Origin: Bacillota bacterium
GTDB lineage: Bacteria; Bacillota; Ch66; Ch109
Length of the DNA stretch: 64,000 nucleotides
Assembly (NCBI GenBank): GCA_050952625.1
Contig: JBMNLH010000001.1
Location: forward strand, 768,001 to 832,000
Direction: 5' to 3'
Shown: positions 28,562 to 38,444 of the stretch, one piece after another
How the letters are laid out: each line of letters opens with the position of its first letter
How positions within the stretch are numbered: position 1 is the stretch's first letter
Notes under the pieces: model-generated
The model's input: the letters and a program-made list of their open reading frames with translations, nothing else
Databases searched by the model: none
Told to the model about the DNA's origin: nothing
Program-made: the position numbers and the translations under genes

Positions 28562-29683
28562 GTGCTGTCACACATGGACCAACTTCTAATAGGCTTTCTG
28601 GGGCTAAGCTGGAAACACTTTGTTATGTTTGGGATTGGGTTTCTTTTGATTTACCTGGCGATTGCCAAGGAATATGAACCGGTTCTTCTTTTGCCCATTG
28701 GTTTTGGAGCTTTATTGTGCAACATACCGTTTTCCTCGGCCGTCGGACCTGAGGGACCATTGACTATCTTGCACCATGCTGGAATAGTAACCGAGCTTTT
28801 CCCTTGCCTTATTTTTGTCGCGGTAGGGGCAATGTGTGATTTTTCCCCTATGCTAAAAAATCCTGTCCTGATGTTATTCGGAGCAGCGGCTCAGTTTGGC
28901 ATTTTTGCTACTATTATATTTGCTGCCTGCCTTGGTTTTAACATTAATGAAGCGGCTTCAATTGGGATAATTGGGGCGGCTGATGGGCCGACAACGATTT
29001 ATGTGGCGACTAAGCTTGCTCCGGATCTATTGGCTCCCTTATCAGTCGCGGCTTATTCTTACATGTCACTGGTGCCAATTATCCAGCCGCCGGTGATTAA
29101 AGCTTTAACTACAAAGAAAGAACGCTCATTATTGATGCCAGTTAAAGAAGATATCCCAGTCTCCCGGATGGTTAAGATTCTCTTTCCTATTGTCGTAACT
29201 CTAGTCGCGGGAATAATTGCTCCAATCAGTGTTGCCCTAGTAGGGATGCTTATGTTTGGGAATTTAATCAAGGAATGTGGCGTTGTCGAACGGCTTTCCC
29301 GGGCCTCTCAAGAGGAACTGGCTAACCTTGTTACCCTTCTTTTAGGGATAACCATTGGGGCTACAATGACCGCCGAACAGTTTTTAAATGTTAAAACTAT
29401 TATGGTAATAGGCATGGGGATCGTTGCGTTTGTTTTTGATACTGCCGGTGGAGTTTTATTTGCTAAAGGGTTGAATCTATTGTTAAAAGAAAAAATTAAC
29501 CCTATGATTGGGGCCTGTGGTATTTCTGCCTTTCCGATGTCCGCCCGGGTGATTGCGAAAATGGCTCTGGCTGAGAATAAGCGAAACTATATCATCATGC
29601 ATGCGGTGGGAGCTAATGTATCCGGGCAATTAGGTTCAATTATCGCCGGGGGTCTGGTTTTGGCTATTGTGGTTGGCATATAG
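28562..29683 (+). CDS. oadB: Na+-translocating decarboxylase beta subunit (paralog 2)
   Basis: YEPVLLLPIGFG, IIGAADGPT, AAYSYM, NPMIGACGISAFPMSAR, GANVSGQLGS. Confidence 0.93.
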   Translation: MLSHMDQLLIGFLGLSWKHFVMFGIGFLLIYLAIAKEYEPVLLLPIGFGALLCNIPFSSAVGPEGPLTILHHAGIVTELFPCLIFVAVGAMCDFSPMLKNPVLMLFGAAAQFGIFATIIFAACLGFNINEAASIGIIGAADGPTTIYVATKLAPDLLAPLSVAAYSYMSLVPIIQPPVIKALTTKKERSLLMPVKEDIPVSRMVKILFPIVVTLVAGIIAPISVALVGMLMFGNLIKECGVVERLSRASQEELANLVTLLLGITIGATMTAEQFLNVKTIMVIGMGIVAFVFDTAGGVLFAKGLNLLLKEKINPMIGACGISAFPMSARVIAKMALAENKRNYIIMHAVGANVSGQLGSIIAGGLVLAIVVGI

Positions 29684-29714
29684 TTTGTTAGGGTGAGTTT
29701 AAGGGGGGTCTAGC

Positions 29715-29852
29715 GTGGATTCGACGATAATGGAGGCACTTAATGTGGCAGCTATTGGCCTTCCGGTTATGTTCGGGGTTATTATTCTCTTCGCCGCCTT
29801 AGGTCAAACCTTACTGAAAATATTTCCGGAAAAATCTAATACTGCCAAATGA
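29715..29852 (+). CDS. OadG-related small membrane subunit (not in the ORF track)
   Basis: SD AAGGGGGGT and GTG start; MDSTIMEALNVAAIGLPVMFGVIILFAALGQTLLKIFPEKSNTAK, one TM; lies between oadB and a terminator. Confidence 0.8.
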   Translation: MDSTIMEALNVAAIGLPVMFGVIILFAALGQTLLKIFPEKSNTAK

Positions 29853-29900
29853 TTGCTTTGATGTTGTCCTGGTAATATAAACGATTTGGCGGTAGAACCC

Positions 29901-29942
29901 GACCCCGGTCTTAGAAGTCTATTACCGGGGTCATTTTGTTTT
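29901..29942 (+). terminator. Intrinsic terminator ending oadB unit 2
   Basis: GACCCCGGT/ACCGGGGTC followed by ATTTTGTTTT. Confidence 0.7.
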
Positions 29943-29954
29943 AGTGCTTATTTC

Positions 29955-29983
29955 TTGACTTTTTTTCTAGGCTAACGTAAAAT
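29955..29983 (+). promoter_or_regulatory. SigA-type promoter for ylxM-ffh
   Basis: TTGACT-N17-TAAAAT. Confidence 0.7.
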
Positions 29984-30035
29984 ATTCAAGAAATACTCTG
30001 TAAAGTAATAAACCTTGACAGCTGGAGGGATCGGC

Positions 30036-30404
30036 TTGCTGGAAAAGGTTAGCCGGATGGCCCTTTTATTGGACTTCTATGGCGGATTATTGACGGATAA
30101 ACAACGCCGAGTATTTGAACTTTATTATGACCACAATCTTTCTTTGGGAGAAATCGCCGAAGAATGTGGGATCAGCCGGCAAGCAGTGCATGATCTCTTA
30201 AAAAGATCCGAAAAGTCTTTGGAGTCATATGAGCTGCGGTTAGGCCTGCTCGATAAATTTCAACGAAATCATCGTATAATTAAGGAGGCCTTGAATTGGT
30301 TGAAGACCCTGCCTCAGGACGGCCAAGGGGTAGAGACCATAGACCGAATCTCAAATTTGCTGTATGAGGTCATGGATGTTGAGGATGACTCGCCTAGGTT
30401 TTAA
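30036..30404 (+). CDS. ylxM: YlxM family protein
   Basis: LLDFYGGLLTDKQ...SLGEIAE..GISRQAVHDLLKR; upstream of ffh. Confidence 0.93.
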   Translation: MLEKVSRMALLLDFYGGLLTDKQRRVFELYYDHNLSLGEIAEECGISRQAVHDLLKRSEKSLESYELRLGLLDKFQRNHRIIKEALNWLKTLPQDGQGVETIDRISNLLYEVMDVEDDSPRF

Positions 30405-30526
30405 CCCGGTCTCAGCAATGGCGGGAAGTTGTCAGATGCGTTATGGTTTTCTCGTGTTGGTTTTCAATTGTTTATCTTTAATTTTTTTATTAGAGATAAC
30501 CTCAAACAAGATTGGAGGTGAGGGTT

Positions 30527-31879
30527 ACGGTATTTGAAGGATTGGCGGAAAAGCTGCAGGATACTTTTCGCAAATTGCGGGGTAAGGGGAAATTAACCGA
30601 AGCGGATGTAAGTGCGGCCATGCGCGAGGTTCGATTAGCTTTACTGGAGGCCGATGTAAACTTTAAAGTGGTGAAAGATTTTGTCGCTCGGGTTCGGGAA
30701 CGGGCGATTGGCCAGGAGGTCATGCAGAGTCTAACTCCCGGTCAACATGTCGTCAAGATTGTTTATGAAGAAATGACGAACCTGATGGGGGGAGCCCAGA
30801 GTCGACTTAATACTTCGCCTAAACCACCAACCATCGTGATGCTGGTCGGTCTTCAGGGCTCTGGAAAAACGACTACCTGCGGTAAACTGGCTAATTTGAT
30901 GCGGAAGCAAGGACGACGCCCTCTATTAGTAGCGGCGGACATTTATCGACCGGCGGCCATCAAACAGTTACAGGTCTTAGGGGCTCAACTGGATATCCCG
31001 GTCTTTACGCTGGGTCAGGTTAATCCGGTCGATATTGCTCAGGGTGCTCTGGAATATGCTTTTTCACATGGGCGAGACTTAGTCATCATTGATACAGCTG
31101 GTCGACTCCACATTAATCAGGAGTTAATGGATGAATTAAAGGCGGTCAAAAGCGCAGTTAATCCCCACGAAATCTTGCTGGTCGTTGATTCGATGACCGG
31201 GCAGGATGCCGTTAATGTGGCTAAATCTTTTCATGAACAATTAGGTCTGGACGGCGTGGTCCTGACTAAGCTAGATGGAGATACTCGGGGCGGGGCCGCC
31301 CTTTCTGTCAAAGCAGTTACCGGTTGTCCCATTAAGTTCGCTGGTGTTGGTGAAAAGCTGGATGCCCTGGAACCATTCTTCCCTGATCGTATGGCTTCCC
31401 GGATTCTAGGGATGGGCGATGTTTTAAGCTTAATTGAAAAGGCTCAATCCAACCTGGATGCGGAAAAAGCTAGGGAATTAGAAAAAAAGATTAGAAAACA
31501 GGAGTTTACGCTCGAGGACTTTTTGGAACAACTGTCTCAGGTTAAATCAATGGGCCCTTTAGATCAAATATTAGGGATGATTCCAGGGATGGGAGGGGCC
31601 CGGGAACTAAAAAAAATGCAACAGGAAATCGATCCCAAAGAACTATCCCGAGTTGAGGCAATCATTAATTCCATGACCCCGGCGGAAAGGCGTCGCCCGG
31701 AGATTATTAATGGCAGTCGGCGCAAAAGGATTGCTTTAGGAAGCGGTACGCGGGTGCAGGATGTTAACCGGTTGTTAAAACAGTTTGAAGAAATACGGCG
31801 GATGATGAAACAGTTGACCGAAGCCGGTTTTGGTAAAAAGAAGAAAGGTCTTAAACTACCGTTTCTTCCCTTTAAATAA
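30527..31879 (+). CDS. ffh: Signal recognition particle protein
   Basis: GLQGSGKTTT, DTAGR, TKLDGDTRGG, M domain; SD position points to ACG at 30527 as start (alternative TTG 30512). Confidence 0.96.
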   Translation, partial: TVFEGLAEKLQDTFRKLRGKGKLTEADVSAAMREVRLALLEADVNFKVVKDFVARVRERAIGQEVMQSLTPGQHVVKIVYEEMTNLMGGAQSRLNTSPKPPTIVMLVGLQGSGKTTTCGKLANLMRKQGRRPLLVAADIYRPAAIKQLQVLGAQLDIPVFTLGQVNPVDIAQGALEYAFSHGRDLVIIDTAGRLHINQELMDELKAVKSAVNPHEILLVVDSMTGQDAVNVAKSFHEQLGLDGVVLTKLDGDTRGGAALSVKAVTGCPIKFAGVGEKLDALEPFFPDRMASRILGMGDVLSLIEKAQSNLDAEKARELEKKIRKQEFTLEDFLEQLSQVKSMGPLDQILGMIPGMGGARELKKMQQEIDPKELSRVEAIINSMTPAERRRPEIINGSRRKRIALGSGTRVQDVNRLLKQFEEIRRMMKQLTEAGFGKKKKGLKLPFLPFK

Positions 31880-31996
31880 AATAGCCTAACAATGCTGTAT
31901 TAACGCTATACCTGCGGGATACAACCATCAATGAAAACCATGTCTTGCGTAATAACTTTTAACTAAATGGTAGTGTGCTGAAAGGAGGTGAATTGA

Positions 31997-32275
31997 TTGG
32001 CGACTAAGATTAGACTGAAACGAATGGGGGCTAAGAAAAGTCCTTTTTACCGCATTGTCGTGGCAGATTCTCGTTCTCCTCGGGATGGACGGTTTATAGA
32101 AGAAATTGGTTACTACAATCCCACTAAAGATCCAATTATGTTAAAGGTGGACGAAGAAAAAGCCATCAAATGGTTGAATAATGGGGCCCAACCCTCAGAA
32201 ACAGCCAAGGCTCTGCTCAATAAGGCAGGGGTAATTAAGAAGCTGGCTGAGGTTAGGCAGGGAAGTCAAGCGTAA
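31997..32275 (+). CDS. rpsP: 30S ribosomal protein S16
   Basis: [32 protein letters not shown]. Confidence 0.98.
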   Translation: MATKIRLKRMGAKKSPFYRIVVADSRSPRDGRFIEEIGYYNPTKDPIMLKVDEEKAIKWLNNGAQPSETAKALLNKAGVIKKLAEVRQGSQA

Positions 32276-32359
32276 TTTTAGGTTAACAGATTCAAAAAAA
32301 CGGGTATTCTGTCAGACGGTTTCTTTCTAGTGGAATTACCCGAGGGGGTTATTAAAACA

Positions 32360-32590
32360 ATGAAGGAACTGGTCGCAATCTTGGCTCAATCTCTGGTTGA
32401 CCAGCCGGATAAGGTAGAGGTTAATCAGGTAGAGGGAGAAAAGTCAATTATTCTCGAACTCCGGGTTGATGAAGACGATATGGGTAAGGTTATTGGCAAA
32501 CAGGGAAAAATCGCCAAAGCTATCCGCACTGTTGTGAAAGCTGCTGCCGCCAAGGAAGGTAAACGGGTGGTCTTGGAGATTTTAAAATAA
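32360..32590 (+). CDS. khpA: KH-domain RNA-binding protein
   Basis: DMGKVIGKQGKIAKAIR; between rpsP and rimM. Confidence 0.93.
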   Translation: MKELVAILAQSLVDQPDKVEVNQVEGEKSIILELRVDEDDMGKVIGKQGKIAKAIRTVVKAAAAKEGKRVVLEILK

Positions 32591-32625
32591 ATTTCCCAAT
32601 ACGTAATCCTGGAGGAACGGAAGAA

Positions 32626-33150
32626 TTGGGAAACGATAAAGAAAAGTTAATTAGCATTGGCCAGGTCACGACTACTCATGGAGTCTATGGTGAGTTGCGG
32701 GTGCTTCCTCTAACCGACTTTCCAGAGCGTTTTAGTCGTTTGCAGCAGGTTGTTGCTAGTCTCAATGGAGAGCAAATCAGTTTAGAGGTTGAGTCAGCAC
32801 GTACTTTCAAACAGTTTGTCTTGCTCAAGTTTGTCGGCATTAATGATTGTGAACAGGCGATAAAACTAAAGAATGCTTTGCTTCAGGTACCAAGTTCGGA
32901 ATTGATGCCGCTGCCGGAGGGACACTATTACATTTTTCAAATTGTTGGCTTATCTGTATATACAGTTGATGGACGATATTTGGGCCGGATTAAGGAAGTA
33001 TTCCGGACCGGCAGTAATGATGTTTATCAGGTGGTCGGCGAGCAAAGCAAAGAGGTCCTGGTTCCGGCTCTGCGAGAGGTTGTCGAACAAATTGACCTTG
33101 AGCAACAAAGGGTAATCATTCGCCCTTTACCGGGGATGCTGGAAATTTAA
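32626..33150 (+). CDS. rimM: Ribosome maturation factor RimM
   Basis: IGQV...[25 protein letters not shown]. Confidence 0.95.
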   Translation: MGNDKEKLISIGQVTTTHGVYGELRVLPLTDFPERFSRLQQVVASLNGEQISLEVESARTFKQFVLLKFVGINDCEQAIKLKNALLQVPSSELMPLPEGHYYIFQIVGLSVYTVDGRYLGRIKEVFRTGSNDVYQVVGEQSKEVLVPALREVVEQIDLEQQRVIIRPLPGMLEI

Positions 33151-33157
33151 ATGGGGG

Positions 33158-33889
33158 ATGCAGCAGATGCAGGTGGATATCCTGACCCTATTTCCAGAGA
33201 TGTTTTCAGGAGTTTTAAATGCCAGCATTTTAAAACGAGCTCAGGAAAAAGGGGCACTCAAGGTTAACCTGATAAATATCCGTCATTATTCAACAGATAA
33301 ACATAAGACAGTAGATGATTACCCATATGGCGGAGGGCCAGGAATGATTCTTCGGGTAGAGCCGGTGGTCGCAGCAGTCGAAGCTGTTTTGAGTCAGGGG
33401 GAGGGTTATTCAAATGACCTCTCCTTGGGGACGCGAGTAATCCTTCTCTCTCCGCAAGGCCGACCTTTTGTCCAGAAAAAAGCCTGGGAATTGGCTAAAT
33501 ATTCCCGTTTAGTCCTAATTTGCGGCCATTATGAGGGAATTGACGAAAGAGTCCGCGAGTTGTTACGGCCGGAAGAGATTTCGATAGGTGACTATATCTT
33601 GACTGGTGGGGAGTTGCCGGCCATGGTGGTTGTGGATGCTGTAACTCGTCTCCTACCCGGGGTTTTAGGTGAATCAGAAGGTGGAGCGGAGGAGTCATTT
33701 TACACCGGACTATTGGAGTTTCCTCAGTATACTAGACCTCGAAATTTTCGAGGGCTAGAAGTTCCTGAAGTGCTGCTCTCTGGTCATCATGCCCGAATTA
33801 ACCAGTGGCGACAGGAACAGTCGATCCAGCGGACCCGAGAACGGAGACCGGATTTGTTGCGAACCAGCCAGATAGTTGATGGGGAATAG
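33158..33889 (+). CDS. trmD: tRNA (guanine-N1)-methyltransferase
   Basis: [41 protein letters not shown]. Confidence 0.97.
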   Translation: MQQMQVDILTLFPEMFSGVLNASILKRAQEKGALKVNLINIRHYSTDKHKTVDDYPYGGGPGMILRVEPVVAAVEAVLSQGEGYSNDLSLGTRVILLSPQGRPFVQKKAWELAKYSRLVLICGHYEGIDERVRELLRPEEISIGDYILTGGELPAMVVVDAVTRLLPGVLGESEGGAEESFYTGLLEFPQYTRPRNFRGLEVPEVLLSGHHARINQWRQEQSIQRTRERRPDLLRTSQIVDGE

Positions 33890-33973
33890 CTAGCTGAGTG
33901 GTTAGAAACGCAGGGATTTTAACCCGATATTATTTTATTAACCGGGGAAATTGGTGAGAGGTGAAGGGGTTTA

Positions 33974-34636
33974 ATGGTTGGGGAACCAGGAGGAAATGAA
34001 ACGATAACTTTGAAATTCAAGAGTACAATTACTGGTAATTCCCGGGTATTCTTAGCCTTGGTTCATCATCCAGTCTATAATCGAAATTCCCAGGTTATTG
34101 CTACCTCGATAACCAATTTGGATCTGCATGATATTGCACGAATCGCGGCTACCTATAATATCGAACGCTATTTTGTGGTCCATCCTTTATCGGTTCAGCA
34201 GCAATTAGCGACTGAGATTATCAACTATTGGCAACAGGGAGCTGGGGCCGGTTATAATCAGGATCGGCGCAAAGCTTTTGAATGTCTGCAGTTAGCGGTT
34301 TCTTTAGAAGCGGTGATAGAAAATATAACTAGCACCTATGGCCGGAAACCGTTGACCGTCGTTACAGATGCACGGGTTCATCCTAATACCACCAGTTACC
34401 AGTTGCTTCGTCAAAGATTAACCGAGACAAGCGAAAACTATCTCTTGATCTTTGGTACTGGTTGGGGGTTAGAGAAATCGCTGATCGAACAGGCCGATTA
34501 TGTCCTTGAGCCGATTTTTGGCCGGGGTGATTATAATCACCTCTCTGTGCGAAGTGCGGTAGCCATTATCGTTGATCGACTGCTTGGGGAAAATTGGTGG
34601 GCTAACCATTGTAATCATAACTTGAATATGATATAA
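33974..34636 (+). CDS. SPOUT-family RNA methyltransferase (TrmD-associated type)
   Basis: LALVHHPV, TNLDLHDIAR, FGTGWGL, YNHLSVRSA. Confidence 0.85.
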   Translation: MVGEPGGNETITLKFKSTITGNSRVFLALVHHPVYNRNSQVIATSITNLDLHDIARIAATYNIERYFVVHPLSVQQQLATEIINYWQQGAGAGYNQDRRKAFECLQLAVSLEAVIENITSTYGRKPLTVVTDARVHPNTTSYQLLRQRLTETSENYLLIFGTGWGLEKSLIEQADYVLEPIFGRGDYNHLSVRSAVAIIVDRLLGENWWANHCNHNLNMI

Positions 34637-34637
34637 T
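34609..34637 (+). promoter_or_regulatory. SigA-type promoter for rplS
   Basis: TTGTAA-N17-TATAAT with extended TG. Confidence 0.6.
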
Positions 34638-34695
34638 TTTTTAGTATTGTGGCACAAGCATATCTTGTGGCAAGGAGAAAGGAGTAAAATATCCT

Positions 34696-35037
34696 GTGGA
34701 TTTGATCCAGGCCATTGAACAAGAGCAAATACGCCAGGATGTGCCTGATTTCCGTCCGGGAGATACCGTAAAGGTTCATGTCAAAGTCGTGGAGGGAAAC
34801 CGGGAAAGAATTCAGGTGTTTGAAGGCGTTGTAATCCGGCGAAAAGGCGGTGGGTTGGGTTCAACCTTTACCGTTCGACGGGTTTCTTATGGTGTGGCAG
34901 TTGAGAGAACGTTCTTATTGCACTCACCTCGTTTGGATAAGATAGAAGTAGTCAGAAGGGGTCGAGTCCGACGCGCTCGTCTCTACTACTTGCGTGAACG
35001 GGTGGGTAAGGCTGCCCGTATTCGAGAAAAGAGATAG
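34696..35037 (+). CDS. rplS: 50S ribosomal protein L19
   Basis: [37 protein letters not shown]. Confidence 0.98.
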   Translation: MDLIQAIEQEQIRQDVPDFRPGDTVKVHVKVVEGNRERIQVFEGVVIRRKGGGLGSTFTVRRVSYGVAVERTFLLHSPRLDKIEVVRRGRVRRARLYYLRERVGKAARIREKR

Positions 35038-35044
35038 CACGAGG

Positions 35045-35071
35045 AAGGGACTGGCGATCGGCAGTCCCTTT
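35045..35071 (+). terminator. Terminator-like hairpin after rplS
   Basis: AAGGGACTG/CAGTCCCTT. Confidence 0.6.
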
Positions 35072-35100
35072 GGCTTTGGGTGGCTTGGTCGGTAAGGTAG

Positions 35101-35979
35101 GTGAGGTTGTTGGAGATCCAGTGGTACCCCGGCCACATGGTGAAAGCCAAGAAGTTGATCCGGCAAAACCTGAGTTTAGTCGATGTGGTTATAGAACTGG
35201 TTGATGCCCGAATACCCCTAAGCAGCCGCAATCCGGATATGCAGACATTACTAAGCAGCCGACCTCGATTGTTGGTCCTGAATAAGGATGATCTGGCGGC
35301 ACCAGATAAGACTAGAGCCTGGTGTGCGTACTTTCGAGATCAGGGAACGCCGGCCATTGCTTTGAATTCTGCGATCGGCAAGGGTATGGGGCAAGTGATT
35401 ACCATTGCCTCTGCTCTGGCCGAAGACAAGATGGAAAACCTACGTTCCAGAGGCCGTCGGGAAAGGGCGATTCGAGCAATGGTAGTAGGCATTCCTAATG
35501 TAGGCAAATCAGCCTTTATCAATAGTTTGACTAAACGTTCGGTCGCCTTGGTGGGCAATAAACCTGGGGTAACCCGGGGTAAGCAGTGGATAAGAATCAG
35601 TAATGAATTTGAATTATTAGATACCCCTGGGATTTTATGGCCCAAGTTTGAGGACCCAGAAGTAGGTTTAAAGCTTGCCGTGACCGGGGCAGTCAGTGAC
35701 CTGGTTTATGATCTGGAGGAGGTAGGGGTCCGGCTCATCAGTTTACTTACCCGGGTAGCTCCAGAAGCTCTTCAATCTCGCTATCAGGTAAACCCGGTGG
35801 CTAGAGATGAGGTCGAGGCCTACGAACTTTTAAAGGAAATTGGCCGGCGTCGGGGCTTTCTTCAAGCTGGCAACCAGGTGAATACAGTTAAAGCGGCTTA
35901 TATGATTATTCAAGAGTTTCGCGATGGTAAGATTGGCCGGATAACACTTGATGAAGTACCATCCAGTAGTCGGCGATAA
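35101..35979 (+). CDS. ylqF: Ribosome biogenesis GTPase RbgA
   Basis: IQWYPGHM, DARIP.SSRNP, GIPNVGKS, LLDTPGILWP. Confidence 0.96.
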   Translation: MRLLEIQWYPGHMVKAKKLIRQNLSLVDVVIELVDARIPLSSRNPDMQTLLSSRPRLLVLNKDDLAAPDKTRAWCAYFRDQGTPAIALNSAIGKGMGQVITIASALAEDKMENLRSRGRRERAIRAMVVGIPNVGKSAFINSLTKRSVALVGNKPGVTRGKQWIRISNEFELLDTPGILWPKFEDPEVGLKLAVTGAVSDLVYDLEEVGVRLISLLTRVAPEALQSRYQVNPVARDEVEAYELLKEIGRRRGFLQAGNQVNTVKAAYMIIQEFRDGKIGRITLDEVPSSSRR

Positions 35980-36009
35980 ATTTTTAGCACTAAGCAAATT
36001 TTTATAATT

Positions 36010-36046
36010 AAAGATCCCCGAGCATGTCTTTGGGATCTTTGTTTTT
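36010..36046 (+). terminator. Intrinsic terminator after ylqF
   Basis: AAAGATCCC/GGGATCTTT followed by GTTTTT. Confidence 0.65.
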
Positions 36047-36161
36047 AAGGTTGAAGGAGAAATTGTAAACGGAAAATATTTTAGAAACTGTTCAAAAGCT
36101 TCGATTAAAACTATATAGGGTGTTGTTGACCGTTTTTTGAGATATCAGGAGTGGTAACCGA

Positions 36162-36845
36162 ATGACCAAATTGGAATGGCCGATCCTGGACGAGCCGGAC
36201 GATTTACTTAATAAAGAGTTAGAGCGCTTGCATTGTCTATATCATATGGAGCGCGATCTATGGGGTACCGGATGTCAGCTAATAGCTGGAATCGATGAGG
36301 CGGGAAGAGGCCCTCTGGCTGGGCCCGTCGTAGCTGCTGCGGTTATCCTTCCTGGAGGGATCTGGTTGCCAGGCCTAAACGATTCCAAAAAAGTCCCGCC
36401 AGGACGCCGCCAAAAATTAGCCGATCTGATTAAGGACCAGGCGGTCGCTTGGAGTTTGGCAGTAGTCGATGTTGATTATATTGATCAGTACAATATTCGG
36501 CAAGCCTCTTTAGAAGCAATGCGCCGAGCCGTTAGGAGTCTGGCAGTGTTACCCGAATTTTTATTGGTAGATGGGATGAGCATTCCCGAACTGATGATAG
36601 ACCAGGCCGCGATTATCCACGGGGATTCACGGAGTGCTTCCATTGCCGCTGCCTCTATTTTGGCGAAGGTCAGGCGTGATGAATTGATGGATTCATACGA
36701 TAAACTATATCCGGCCTATGGGTTTTCCCAGCATAAAGGATACGCCACACCGCAACATTTAAAGGCACTGGCCCATTTTGGCCCTTGTCCGATCCACCGC
36801 TGGTCATTTGCCCCGGTTCGAAAGGCAGCGGGCGAGGTGAAGTAA
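36162..36845 (+). CDS. rnhB: Ribonuclease HII
   Basis: GIDEAGRGPLAGPV, LNDSKK, SIAAASILAKV.RD, HKGY. Confidence 0.96.
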   Translation: MTKLEWPILDEPDDLLNKELERLHCLYHMERDLWGTGCQLIAGIDEAGRGPLAGPVVAAAVILPGGIWLPGLNDSKKVPPGRRQKLADLIKDQAVAWSLAVVDVDYIDQYNIRQASLEAMRRAVRSLAVLPEFLLVDGMSIPELMIDQAAIIHGDSRSASIAAASILAKVRRDELMDSYDKLYPAYGFSQHKGYATPQHLKALAHFGPCPIHRWSFAPVRKAAGEVK

Positions 36846-36846
36846 A

Positions 36847-38433
36847 ATGGAAATTACCCTTCAAAATCTACCTTTGGCCAAACCACCGGTTGAATCAAAT
36901 AGTCCGGGGACTAGAGGGCTAGATTTAGTTAAGGGACAATTAGTTAATGCCCGAGTGACTGTGGTTAAGCCCGACGGCTTAATGTTATTAAATATCAATG
37001 GCCAACTCGTTGAAGGATACTCGCAAATTGACTTACCCTTAAATCAAGAAGTGAGCCTTCAAGTCCAGGGTAGGTACGAGGGCAAGCTGCACTTTAAACT
37101 CCTCCAACCAGCAGTCGAAGCAATCAATCTTCGGGACCTGGCTGGTTTGTTAAAAAGTGTTGGGGTCCCGAGCAGTGATCAATCTCTGGCTATTGCGGCT
37201 AAACTCTTGGAGTTTCAATTGCCAGTTACCGCAGCCAACGTTGTTGAGGTGCAGCGGCTCTTAGGGTTGCTGGGCGAAACAGGCCGCGACAACCTCAATC
37301 TGGCCGTTTTTTTGCTGAGTGCCGGTCTTAATCAGCACCGGGAAGCAATAGGAATACTCAAAGGTTTTTTTAATAATTCCAATCTGGGGCAACACCTGGT
37401 TTTTTTGCTCCAGCTGTTAGAAAAGGCGATTAGTCCCCGGGAAGGAGGATTATCTTCTTCGGAGACGCGTCTTAATGAAGTAAGCAATCAAAGTGGGAAT
37501 CAGCCGGCAGGGACGGTTCAAGAGAGTTCAGTACCTCACTTGGAAAGCAATCCGCCGGCAGTTTCGCATTTAAACCCGACCCAATCCCAGTCCAGGACAA
37601 GTAGCCCTAATTTGTCTTTTAACCAAGTGCTTAATAATAGTAATCTGCTCGACTTAGTTCAGAAAGAGGCCGGGCCGGTTTTGCGCAGCGAAGCCGGTCT
37701 GTTGGTGAATCAGGAAACCCAGATGGGTAACTTAACTGGGAAAACCGTTGTCTTGGATCAGTTAGTGAGAGAGCTGCGCTTATTATTGGCCGAGATTATT
37801 CCTCCGGGCATCGCGGATCGTCCGGAGGCCTTAACCCGATATCTCCAAGGATGGCCGGCCAACTCTAGAGCTATGGCTGATCTGCTTAAGTTGATAATGT
37901 ACGAATTGCAATACAGCGAACCTAGTCAAAAACGATTAGGAACCCTGGCTCAGATTATTAACCAGAGTACGGAAACCGTGGTTAATGGACTGTACGGTCA
38001 GCAACTGCTCCACACTGTTGATAAGAGTACGCTTCAACAGCCGGACTATTACTATTTTTCTTGGTTAATGCCCCCGCTGGGGAAAGAGGCGCAGGGGGAA
38101 TTACGTGTTTATAAAAGGGATCGCTCACGCCGCCAGCTCAACCTGGAAGAATTGAGAGTAGTTTTTTCCCTGGAAACCCCTCATTTAGGGCGCAACCTTT
38201 TTGATATTCAGTTTCGAAGAAGTCAAGAATTGTATTTTCGGGTTCAGGTTGAGAAAGAGGGGGTGCACCGGTTGGTTGAGGAATATTGGCCGGAGTTGAG
38301 CGAGAGGTTGGGGCGGTTAGGTTACCGCAGTATCCTTCAAGAATGTGTGGTGGGCAAGCCGGAGCCTTTGTGTCCTCGGCCAGAACCAAAGACCAGTCTG
38401 GAGCAGGTCAAGCGAGTTGATATAAAAGTTTGA
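36847..38433 (+). CDS. YlqG-like protein with probable FliK-type C-terminal domain
   Basis: Position between rnhB and an FlhB-like gene; C-terminal FSLETPHLG...LSERLGRLGY pattern. Confidence 0.55.
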   Translation: MEITLQNLPLAKPPVESNSPGTRGLDLVKGQLVNARVTVVKPDGLMLLNINGQLVEGYSQIDLPLNQEVSLQVQGRYEGKLHFKLLQPAVEAINLRDLAGLLKSVGVPSSDQSLAIAAKLLEFQLPVTAANVVEVQRLLGLLGETGRDNLNLAVFLLSAGLNQHREAIGILKGFFNNSNLGQHLVFLLQLLEKAISPREGGLSSSETRLNEVSNQSGNQPAGTVQESSVPHLESNPPAVSHLNPTQSQSRTSSPNLSFNQVLNNSNLLDLVQKEAGPVLRSEAGLLVNQETQMGNLTGKTVVLDQLVRELRLLLAEIIPPGIADRPEALTRYLQGWPANSRAMADLLKLIMYELQYSEPSQKRLGTLAQIINQSTETVVNGLYGQQLLHTVDKSTLQQPDYYYFSWLMPPLGKEAQGELRVYKRDRSRRQLNLEELRVVFSLETPHLGRNLFDIQFRRSQELYFRVQVEKEGVHRLVEEYWPELSERLGRLGYRSILQECVVGKPEPLCPRPEPKTSLEQVKRVDIKV

Positions 38434-38444
38434 GGTGATTGTTG

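Noticed and set aside
34648-34675. L19 leader RNA
   Set aside because: Only a short CACAAG/CTTGTG hairpin; too little similarity to call without a covariance search
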